Shown: positions 44,457 through 52,655 of the stretch, piece by piece
Position numbering within the stretch: position 1 is the stretch's first letter
How the letters are laid out: each line of letters opens with the position of its first letter
DNA from: an uncultured Candidatus Saccharibacteria bacterium
Lineage (GTDB): Bacteria > Patescibacteriota > Doudnabacteria > UBA920
Assembly: GCA_964505635.1 (NCBI GenBank)
Contig: CAZDIP010000005.1
Span: 793-63,623 of the forward strand
DNA: 62,831 bases
Direction: 5' to 3'
Translations under genes and position numbers: made by a program
Notes under the pieces: generated by a model
The model's input: only the letters and a program-made list of their open reading frames with translations
What the model was told of the DNA's origin: nothing
Database searches by the model: none

Positions 44457-46304
44457 ATGAGTTTATTTGGCCCAAAAAGCGAAGAAGAAATTTTAGAAAA
44501 AAAGAAGCATATTGAAGAGTTGGAAGCCGAGCAAAACATCAATAAACGTTTGGGTGATTTAGAGCAGACTTATAAAGAGGGTCTGACCACTTTAAAGGAT
44601 TTGCTTGCGCCCGCTGCTTTGAAGTTTCAAAGCAGCTATTTTGAGCTAAATGGCAAATATGCGCGGAGTTTTTTTGTTTTAACTTACCCCCGTTTTCTTT
44701 CATCCAACTGGCTGTCCTTTATTATTCAGGCTGAAGGCGCCTTGGATCTTTCCATGTTTATTTATCCGATTGACAGTGAAACTATATTGAAAAAGCTGAA
44801 AAGTAAAGTCGGTGAAATTGGTTCGCAAATGTCTATTAACCAGGAAAAGGGTCAGGTTCGCGACCCGATGCTCGAAACCGCGTATAAGGATGTGGAAGGA
44901 CTTAGGGATGCTCTTATGCAGGGGACGGAAAAGTATTTTCGTTTGGCTCTTTATTTTACTATTTATACAGATGATTTAAAGGAGCTGGAGAAAAATTCCA
45001 CAACTTTGGAAAGCGCATTGGGCGCCAAGTTAGTACTAACCAAACGGGCTTTAATGCAGACGCAGAGCGGTTTTAATTCCACTTTACCTTTAGGACTTGA
45101 TGAACTTGATGTGGGAAACAATATGAATACCAGCCCGCTTTCCAGCTGTTTTCCTTTTGTCTCTTCTGATTTGTCTTCCAACGACGGTATTCTTTACGGC
45201 ATAAACCGTCATAACAACAGCTTGATTTTATTTGACCGTTTCGCCATGGAAAATGCCAATTCAGTGGTTTTTGCCAAGTCAGGAGCCGGAAAGTCTTATG
45301 CGGTTAAGTTGGAAGTTTTACGCAGTTTAATGATAGGGACCGAGGTTATAATTGTTGATCCAGAAAACGAATACAAGCATTTGGCTGACGCGGTGGGTGG
45401 AACGTACTTAAATGTATCTTTGAATTCCGACTCCAGAATTAATCCGTTTGATTTGCCAATTGCCATAGAAGGCGAAGATACGGCCGATGTTTTGCGCAGC
45501 AGTGTGGTTAATCTGCTTGGTCTTTTTAATTTAATGCTCGGCAAGCTTAATCCGACCGAAGAAGCCATAATGGATAAGGCAATTTGGCAGACTTATGCCA
45601 AAAAAGACATTACCCCCCAAATGCAGGATTTTAAGACGGCAGAATATCCTACCATGAACGATTTAATTGAAATTTTGTCCAGTATTGTCGGGGCGGAAAG
45701 TTTGGCTCAACGTTTGACTAAATTTACGGAAGGCACTTTTGCGGGGCTCTTTAACCAGCCGACTAACGTGGTTTTAAATAACCAGCTGGTGGTTTTTTCA
45801 ATCAGAGATTTGGAGGATCAACTAAGGCCCATAGCTATGTATATTATTTTGGGCTATATATGGAATATTGTACGCAGTGAGTTGAAAAAACGCATTTTGG
45901 TTTTAGACGAGGCCTGGATTATGATGCAGCATGAAGATTCCGCCCGGTTCGTTTTTGGTATTGCCAAACGCGCCCGCAAATATTATTTAGGACTTTCAAC
46001 AATAACCCAGGATGTGGCGGATTTTATGGCAAGCCCTTATGGCAAGCCTATTGTGACCAACTCCTCAATTCAATTGCTTTTAAAGCAATCGCCTGCCGCC
46101 ATAAATATTATTGCCGAAACCTTCTTTTTAACTGAAGGGGAGAAATACCTACTTTTGGAAAGCGAGGTTGGTGAAGGTATCTTTTTTGCAGGACTTAACC
46201 ACGCCGCCATCAAAATTTACGCTTCTTATGTGGAAGATCAAATTATTACCACTGATCCCAAACAGCTTTTGGAAATCCAGGATAGTCAAGAAAAATTAAG
46301 TTAG
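44457..46304 (+). CDS. VirB4-family T4SS ATPase
   Basis: LAPAALKFQSSYFELNGKYARSFFVLTYPRFLSSNWL, Walker A FAKSGAGKSYAVK, IIVDPENEY, Walker B RILVLDEAW and STITQD. Confidence 0.9.
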   Translation: MSLFGPKSEEEILEKKKHIEELEAEQNINKRLGDLEQTYKEGLTTLKDLLAPAALKFQSSYFELNGKYARSFFVLTYPRFLSSNWLSFIIQAEGALDLSMFIYPIDSETILKKLKSKVGEIGSQMSINQEKGQVRDPMLETAYKDVEGLRDALMQGTEKYFRLALYFTIYTDDLKELEKNSTTLESALGAKLVLTKRALMQTQSGFNSTLPLGLDELDVGNNMNTSPLSSCFPFVSSDLSSNDGILYGINRHNNSLILFDRFAMENANSVVFAKSGAGKSYAVKLEVLRSLMIGTEVIIVDPENEYKHLADAVGGTYLNVSLNSDSRINPFDLPIAIEGEDTADVLRSSVVNLLGLFNLMLGKLNPTEEAIMDKAIWQTYAKKDITPQMQDFKTAEYPTMNDLIEILSSIVGAESLAQRLTKFTEGTFAGLFNQPTNVVLNNQLVVFSIRDLEDQLRPIAMYIILGYIWNIVRSELKKRILVLDEAWIMMQHEDSARFVFGIAKRARKYYLGLSTITQDVADFMASPYGKPIVTNSSIQLLLKQSPAAINIIAETFFLTEGEKYLLLESEVGEGIFFAGLNHAAIKIYASYVEDQIITTDPKQLLEIQDSQEKLS

Positions 46305-46384
46305 CATAAAAAATATAACCATAACAAAAGCACAAACAATACGCTGTTTGTAATAGTTATGGTTATTGTTTGTAATTATTAGGC

Positions 46385-49300
46385 ATGCCACAGGATCTGG
46401 AAGATTTAAACCAAGTTGATTCAGTATCAGGAGGGAATTTTAGTTTTGACCCAGCTGGCTTTAAAAAGCCCGCTGTTTTAATAGTAGGCGGTGACGGAAA
46501 AAATATTGTGGGTGAATTTGTCAGGGTTTTTGCAATTTTTGTGGAAGGCAAAAAGTCCGGGGGCTCAGATGAATTTAATATTGGAGTCGGCTCTAAAGTT
46601 AGGGTTTTAGGTCAGGGCCTCTCAAACTTTGACTATATTACAGTAAGGAGTGAGCAAAAAAAACAGGCGGTTATTGATGAAGTTTTTTTTGCAGATAACC
46701 AGATAACTTTTGTCATCCCCAGCATTTTTGTTAAAATTTTCGGCAAAGATGAATTTTTATGGTTGGAATTCGGACAAAAAGCTGATCCTCGCAAGGCTTT
46801 TCGGCTTTCTCGTTATTTAATTTTTGAGGGGGCAACAGCTCGGGAATCATCTGACGAAAAGAAACAAAGCGTAAAACAACAAAATTTAACAAGCGATGAA
46901 AAACCCAAGGCAATCAAGAGCCAACAAACGGGAGTGGGAGGCGTTGTTGAAGGCGCATTAAGCGATGTTGCTCAAGGGTTTTTGGGCAAATCTGGTTTTG
47001 AGCGCAATATACAGCAAAACACACAACAAAATAAAACCGTATCACGACAGCCGAATTTAAAGAAAATCTTAAATGCAGGTATTGAATCTGTTGATAATTT
47101 ACCTCAAGACGATTCATCGGCTTTTGAAACTAATTTAAAAGCATCAGTAGACGCTGAAATTAATAGCCAAGCAACGCGAACCGAAACAACAGAGTCGCTC
47201 AGAGTTGGTTCTGATTTTACTCCCATTGTTTCTCAAAACGTCAATTTGGAACAAGCTTCTGTAAATACTGGCTCTGCTGGTATTCCTCCATTAGGTCAGA
47301 ATGTTTCAGTTGAAACCCAGATAAAGGCTAAAAATAATTTAGCGACGCTGATCGAAGTTCCCACGTCCGCTTCGCAGATTGACGCGGAGGTACAAGGGCA
47401 ATCTATTGGGCAAGCGTCATTTAATAGTAGGCCCGCAATTCAGGCTACAGTAGACGGTCCCATTTCCCAGGTTCCAAACGTTTTTGTGTCAAAAGGGGCG
47501 GGTAGTTTAGATGGCCAGCTAACTTCATCTTCAAAATTAAGTGCAAGCGGAAAGGTTGCTGAACAACCAATTCAGGCTGGGTTGGGTGTTAATATGAATA
47601 TGCTGCCTATGGAAGTTAAAGCCGAACAGGCAGCAGAGCCAGAGTTAGAAGAAAACATTTCTGGTCAAATTTCCGATTTGTCCCAAAAAGATTCCCTAGC
47701 CGCAGCTTTAGACGGGCCTCAAAAGGGTTTTCGCACAGATTCAGAACAAGTATCTTTAAAGACTCCCAGCGCCAATCAAGATCAGCCCCAAGCCCACAAA
47801 CATAATAAACCGCCAGTTGATAAAAAATCAGAATCGCCTGACTACCCAAAAGAAAAAGCCGAGGAAAAAACGTCTCAAAATAAGACTTTAAACGGTGTCC
47901 AGAATAAACAAAAGGAAAACAATCAGGTTGGTAAGAAGACAGATTTAGACCCCGAGACAGAGGAAAAAAAATCAGATAAAAATTCATTACCAAAAACAGG
48001 TATTGAAGTGCCTGGCCCTGAGTCTGTTTTAGAATCCAGAGATCTGGGTGTTAAAATGCGAAACCAGCAGCCTGGTAAGGATTTTGCCGGACTCAAAAAC
48101 AGGCTTCAGGCTAATGATATAGCGTTTAAAGGTAAAAGCCGGCCATTTAGAGTTGTTTCCGGAAAGAAAATCACGGATAAAGAATTTTTAGGCGGAGCAG
48201 CTTCAAAGCCTAAACCTTTGAATTTAGATAGGCAACCGGTCAAAACTAAATCAGATACGACCGATATAGGACAAACCACTCCTAACAATAAAGAGTTGGT
48301 TGAAAATAAACAAGATAAACCAGGGATTTCTGAAAGGGAAAAACCAAAACAAGATAATTCTGAACTTGAGGATAGAAATTTGTTAACTGACCCAAGAACT
48401 ACCGGTGAATTAATGAGCCAGGCTTTGAAGGGTGATTTATCTGCAGACCGTGCTGTCTTGCCGACCATTCGGAGAATAATTGAGAAAAAAAACTTCTTGG
48501 CCGGCAAAGGTCTTTCTCAGGCCTCGGCTAAAATTTGGCATTATGGATTTGGAATCTCTGCCGGAACTTTTTTTAGCGGTTTTGACTTTTTCTTGGGCGC
48601 TTTGGTTATGGATGCGTATTGGATTTTTGGACATAGGCAGAATCCCAAACTTTTTCCAATGAAAACTTGGCAAAAAGTTCTTACTATTTTTGCCAATGTC
48701 ATGCCCTTTATTTATGTAATTTTAACCTTGGTTTTAATTATTATGGCGGGTTGCAATTCACCCGAACCCATTAAATCGGTTTTTATTAAAGCAACGGGAG
48801 GAAGCATAAGTGAATCTGTTTCTGGCGGTGGCATCTGCACATATTTTAATTACAAAAATTTGGAATCGGTTATTACCGGCAGGGTGGAAAATATTACCCC
48901 TTCCGGCCTTTTGTCTACCGGCTCCTGGACGGCAGCCATAAATTCCAGTGTCCAAAAATATCCGAATGTGCCTGGTTGCATGCTAAGAGTTGTGATTCAA
49001 AAAGAGTCGGCTGGCCAAGCCGATGTGATAGGCTGTGATTGTGCTTACAACGGACAGCCTCAATTCTGTCCAAATAATAAACAGAGTAATAAATATTTTC
49101 CGGGGTTTCCTTTTGATTGGGAACATTGTTCTTACGGCGTTGGCTTGACTCAGTGGACAATTTTTCAAAGGCGTTATGCTAGTATTCCAAATGATTTTCG
49201 CCGTTGGCAGTCTGCCAGCTTTCCGAGCAGAACCCCTTTTGGCACCCAGTTTTATGGCGTGGATGACTTTTTAAATCCCCAATTAAGTTTGGATCTAACG

Positions 49301-49447
49301 GCGGAAAAATTTAGCAGAGATTTGGCAAAAAATCCTGGTGATATCGCGGGAGCCTTTGCCGCTTATGTGGGGGCCAGCAGCTCTCAACAGCGGTTTGTCC
49401 AGGAAAGAATGGCTTTATATAATATGTGTATAAGTAATACCCAATAA
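46385..49447 (+). CDS. large membrane protein with C-terminal SLT-type lytic transglycosylase domain (VirB1/PrgK-like role)
   Basis: The C-terminus carries VIQKESAGQ (catalytic E-S), GVGLTQ (GLMQ-like) and AFAAYVGA (AYNAG-like). Upstream are about 550 aa of low-complexity Q/S/K/E/P sequence and TM helices at about aa 710-790. Confidence 0.75.
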   Translation: MPQDLEDLNQVDSVSGGNFSFDPAGFKKPAVLIVGGDGKNIVGEFVRVFAIFVEGKKSGGSDEFNIGVGSKVRVLGQGLSNFDYITVRSEQKKQAVIDEVFFADNQITFVIPSIFVKIFGKDEFLWLEFGQKADPRKAFRLSRYLIFEGATARESSDEKKQSVKQQNLTSDEKPKAIKSQQTGVGGVVEGALSDVAQGFLGKSGFERNIQQNTQQNKTVSRQPNLKKILNAGIESVDNLPQDDSSAFETNLKASVDAEINSQATRTETTESLRVGSDFTPIVSQNVNLEQASVNTGSAGIPPLGQNVSVETQIKAKNNLATLIEVPTSASQIDAEVQGQSIGQASFNSRPAIQATVDGPISQVPNVFVSKGAGSLDGQLTSSSKLSASGKVAEQPIQAGLGVNMNMLPMEVKAEQAAEPELEENISGQISDLSQKDSLAAALDGPQKGFRTDSEQVSLKTPSANQDQPQAHKHNKPPVDKKSESPDYPKEKAEEKTSQNKTLNGVQNKQKENNQVGKKTDLDPETEEKKSDKNSLPKTGIEVPGPESVLESRDLGVKMRNQQPGKDFAGLKNRLQANDIAFKGKSRPFRVVSGKKITDKEFLGGAASKPKPLNLDRQPVKTKSDTTDIGQTTPNNKELVENKQDKPGISEREKPKQDNSELEDRNLLTDPRTTGELMSQALKGDLSADRAVLPTIRRIIEKKNFLAGKGLSQASAKIWHYGFGISAGTFFSGFDFFLGALVMDAYWIFGHRQNPKLFPMKTWQKVLTIFANVMPFIYVILTLVLIIMAGCNSPEPIKSVFIKATGGSISESVSGGGICTYFNYKNLESVITGRVENITPSGLLSTGSWTAAINSSVQKYPNVPGCMLRVVIQKESAGQADVIGCDCAYNGQPQFCPNNKQSNKYFPGFPFDWEHCSYGVGLTQWTIFQRRYASIPNDFRRWQSASFPSRTPFGTQFYGVDDFLNPQLSLDLTAEKFSRDLAKNPGDIAGAFAAYVGASSSQQRFVQERMALYNMCISNTQ

Positions 49448-49450
49448 GTT

Positions 49451-50017
49451 ATGAAAAGTTATCAGAAAATTTTGCTTTACGGACTGGGGTTTTTTGTAGT
49501 CGCTGTTTTATTTTTTACTATACTCCAAGGGTTTTTAAAACAACCCGGTAATAATAATGCAAAAAATCAAAATCAGGAGAATGATACCGTAGAATTATCA
49601 GACTATATTTTAAGCACACAGGAGGAGTCAACTGTTAAAGAATTTGTAAAAAACTTTGTAAATTTGTATAATAGTTACAGCTACAAGAATTTTAGCAATT
49701 TGACAGCTCTAGGGGACTATCAAACTTTAGAATTTCAGAAAAAAACCGCTGAATTTGTTGCTGAATTGGAGAATTCTGTACCATCTGGCTTTTTGCAGAC
49801 TACAGTTTCCGACCTTAATACCTTTAAATATTCGTACCAAAATTTAAGCTTATTAACAGCAACGCTTAAGGCGCATGTTACAGAAGAAATTCAAAATTAC
49901 AACCAAGTATCACCGAGATCTGCACAAAATACAAAACAATATTTAATTACGGTAAGAATTGAATTAATTAAATCAGCTAATGTTTGGCTGGTAAATGATA
50001 TAAAAATACAAAAGTAA
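49451..50017 (+). CDS. hypothetical membrane-anchored protein (possible VirB8/NTF2-like component)
   Basis: N-terminal TM helix plus a globular domain of about 140 aa. Its size, topology and position resemble VirB8/PrgL-like proteins. This is inference only. Confidence 0.45.
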   Translation: MKSYQKILLYGLGFFVVAVLFFTILQGFLKQPGNNNAKNQNQENDTVELSDYILSTQEESTVKEFVKNFVNLYNSYSYKNFSNLTALGDYQTLEFQKKTAEFVAELENSVPSGFLQTTVSDLNTFKYSYQNLSLLTATLKAHVTEEIQNYNQVSPRSAQNTKQYLITVRIELIKSANVWLVNDIKIQK

Positions 50018-50026
50018 AATAAAAAT

Positions 50027-51199
50027 ATGAATAAAAAAGCCATTGCAATACTCGGAGCCATTTTTTTATTAATTCTGGGAACTTTAGGGTTTCTGCTTTA
50101 TTCGAAATATTTTTCTTCGTCCCAGCCACAACAGCCTTCGGCTCAAAATTTAACTCAACCCGAGGGCGATGACATAAAAATTGACAATCAAACAGCCGGC
50201 CCTGACAGTCAGAGTTCGGACAACGGAGATAGCCAGAACCAGCCGCAGGCTTATAAACTCATAGACGACCAGGTTATTTCTCCGATTTTGTTTTATAATG
50301 GCACGGGTATAACTTATTTTAACCGCCAAGGTCAGCTATTTCAGGCAACTTTGGAAGATACTAATAACCAGACTATTGTTGCGTCAAAAAAGATTCTGGA
50401 GATTCCCTTAAGAACAAATATTGAAAAAATTCTTTGGCCTGCTAAAGGCGATAATTTTATTGCTGAATTTGAAGTGCAAGGGAAAAAGGGTTGGAGTTTT
50501 TTTGATAGCAAAAACAGCCTATATGTGGATTTGCCAGCCCAGATGGGGTCTGTATCGTGGTTGCCAAGTTCGGAAAAAATTTATTATACCTGGACTTATG
50601 CAGATTCTACAAGAAACGACACCGTTAACCTTTCTGACCCGGACGGCAAGAATTATCAAAAAGTTGGTGAAATCTGGCATAAAAATGCCAAAGTTACTGT
50701 TTCCCCAGACGGTTTAAGTATATTGTATTTTAAGGAAATCAATTTGGACTTTACAAATGCAATAGGTTTAACGACTCCGGATGGAAAAGTTTGGAAGACA
50801 TTAATTAGCGAGGGCTATAATTATGGGGTTTTATGGAGCCCGGATAGTAAAAAGTTTTTATTTGGCAAAAAGAATCCTACTAACCAGCAGTATCAGCTGT
50901 GGTACTATGACCTATCTTTGGGAGAAGTGAAAAATTTAGGATTATTTACCACTCCAGACAAAGCAGTCTGGGATAAAGACAGTACCACAATTTATGCGGC
51001 TGTGCCTGCTCTGGGCAGCCAGTCTAATTTAACAGTCGACTCATTTTTTAAATTTAATACCTCTACTTTTGAGAAAAAAGAGTATGTTCTCCCGGGACAG
51101 ACATTAGATGGCGGAGACTTATTTTTAAATCTAAATTCCACCAAGCTATTTTTTAAGAACGCTCAGGATGGAGGGTTATACTATTTGGACTTAAATTAA
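50027..51199 (+). CDS. membrane-anchored beta-propeller (TolB/PD40-like repeat) protein
   Basis: Repeated WxPDG/S units: VSPDGLSILYF, WSPDSKKFLF and WLPSSEKIYYTW. Confidence 0.6.
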   Translation: MNKKAIAILGAIFLLILGTLGFLLYSKYFSSSQPQQPSAQNLTQPEGDDIKIDNQTAGPDSQSSDNGDSQNQPQAYKLIDDQVISPILFYNGTGITYFNRQGQLFQATLEDTNNQTIVASKKILEIPLRTNIEKILWPAKGDNFIAEFEVQGKKGWSFFDSKNSLYVDLPAQMGSVSWLPSSEKIYYTWTYADSTRNDTVNLSDPDGKNYQKVGEIWHKNAKVTVSPDGLSILYFKEINLDFTNAIGLTTPDGKVWKTLISEGYNYGVLWSPDSKKFLFGKKNPTNQQYQLWYYDLSLGEVKNLGLFTTPDKAVWDKDSTTIYAAVPALGSQSNLTVDSFFKFNTSTFEKKEYVLPGQTLDGGDLFLNLNSTKLFFKNAQDGGLYYLDLN

Positions 51200-51228
51200 T
51201 AATAGCTTATAATAAAATTGAAAATTTC

Positions 51229-51296
51229 GTAGCAAGTAGTAGGCAGCAAGCGAGGGAAACCTTTATACTTAATACCTGCTACTTGCTACTTTTTTT
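51229..51296 (+). terminator. long hairpin plus T7 run between the secretion block and radA
   Basis: GTAGCAAGTAG (51229-51239) pairs with CTACTTGCTAC (51279-51289), followed by TTTTTTT and directly by the radA ATG. Confidence 0.6.
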
Positions 51297-52619
51297 ATGT
51301 CCAAATCTCAAACAATGCACCAATGTTCTAAATGCCAATTTCGCACTGCGACCTGGCAGGGTAAATGTCCGTCTTGCAATGAATGGGACACATTACAATT
51401 GGTGAAGACCGACAAGCTACAGGTTACAAGTGGCGTAGCATCTACTCCCTTAGATTTATCAGGGATTGTAGACAATCAGCACGCTAGGATAGTTAGCGGC
51501 ATAAGCGAGTTTGACGAAGTTTTAGGCGGTGGCATTGTGCCCGGAAGCTTGGTTTTGCTTGGCGGCGACCCGGGAATAGGCAAGTCCACTTTGGCTTTGC
51601 AGCTTTGTATGAAAAACGCGCCGCAAAATGTTTTGTATGTTTCGGGGGAAGAATCAGCCGGACAAATTAAACTTAGGGCTTCAAGGATTTCCAAAAATCA
51701 TCAACTTCAGGTTTTAGCCGAGACCGATTTAAGCGTAGTTTTAGCCACAGTGGCAGAAATAAGGCCGGATTTAGTGGTAGTTGATTCTATTCAGACTTTG
51801 TATACCGCAGAAGCAAGCGGCGTGGCGGGAGGCGTGGCTCAGGTTACTAATGCCGTACAAAAGATTATGCAGCTTGCAAAATCACAAAATATTTCTTTCA
51901 TAATAATCGGCCACGTAACCAAAGAGGGTTATTTGGCCGGGCCAAAGACTTTAGAGCATATGGTGGACACGGTTTTGTATTTAGAGGGCGAAAGGTTTGC
52001 CGCATTTAGAATTTTGCGCTGCGTGAAAAACCGTTTTGGCACAACTAATGAAGTGGGAGTGTTTGAAATGCAAGGAGCGGGTCTTATTGAGGTTAAAAAT
52101 CCATCCCAATTATTTTTAGGCGAAGACAGCATTAAGGCTTCGGGCAATATAATTACCAGTGTATTGGAAGGCAGCCGAGCGATACTTTTAGAAATTCAGG
52201 CGCTTACCTCCACCACTAATTTTGGTTACCCCAAGCGCACAACCAGTGGGTATGACAATAACCGCTTGCAATTAATTACCGCGATATTAAGCAAGCGCGC
52301 GGGCATGAATTTGTCTAACCAGGATATTTATATAAATGTCGTTGGCGGGCTTAAAATAGAAGAGCCGGCCGCGGATTTAGCCGTGGCGTTGTCCGTAATT
52401 TCCAGCATAAAAGACCAGGTAATAGAAGACACCGTGGTTGTGGGGGAGCTGGGGCTTTCCGGCGAAGTTAGGTTTGTGCCGAATTTGGAAAAAAGGATAA
52501 GGGAAGCAGAAAAATTAGGGTTTAAAAGAATAATTTGTCCGAAAAGTAAAATATCTTTAAGCGGAAAAATCAAAGTCGCGCAGATAAAAACTCTTAGCGA
52601 TGCTGTTAAGGCGCTTTAA
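51297..52619 (+). CDS. radA: DNA repair protein RadA/Sms
   Basis: CSKCQFRTATWQGKCPSCNEWDTL zinc finger, GGDPGIGKSTL Walker A, KNRFG motif and a Lon-like C-terminal domain. Confidence 0.95.
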   Translation: MSKSQTMHQCSKCQFRTATWQGKCPSCNEWDTLQLVKTDKLQVTSGVASTPLDLSGIVDNQHARIVSGISEFDEVLGGGIVPGSLVLLGGDPGIGKSTLALQLCMKNAPQNVLYVSGEESAGQIKLRASRISKNHQLQVLAETDLSVVLATVAEIRPDLVVVDSIQTLYTAEASGVAGGVAQVTNAVQKIMQLAKSQNISFIIIGHVTKEGYLAGPKTLEHMVDTVLYLEGERFAAFRILRCVKNRFGTTNEVGVFEMQGAGLIEVKNPSQLFLGEDSIKASGNIITSVLEGSRAILLEIQALTSTTNFGYPKRTTSGYDNNRLQLITAILSKRAGMNLSNQDIYINVVGGLKIEEPAADLAVALSVISSIKDQVIEDTVVVGELGLSGEVRFVPNLEKRIREAEKLGFKRIICPKSKISLSGKIKVAQIKTLSDAVKAL

Positions 52620-52655
52620 AGATTTTAGTACCTGGATGAAAAGTTATTTTTACGA

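Noticed and set aside
32559-51199. Integrative conjugative element or prophage interpretation of the secretion block
   Set aside because: There is no integrase, relaxase, coupling protein, replication or phage structural gene, and no flanking direct repeats. Composition is similar to the neighbouring core genes. The only att-like repeat (57772/57947) is 6.5 kb away and encloses just 154 bp.
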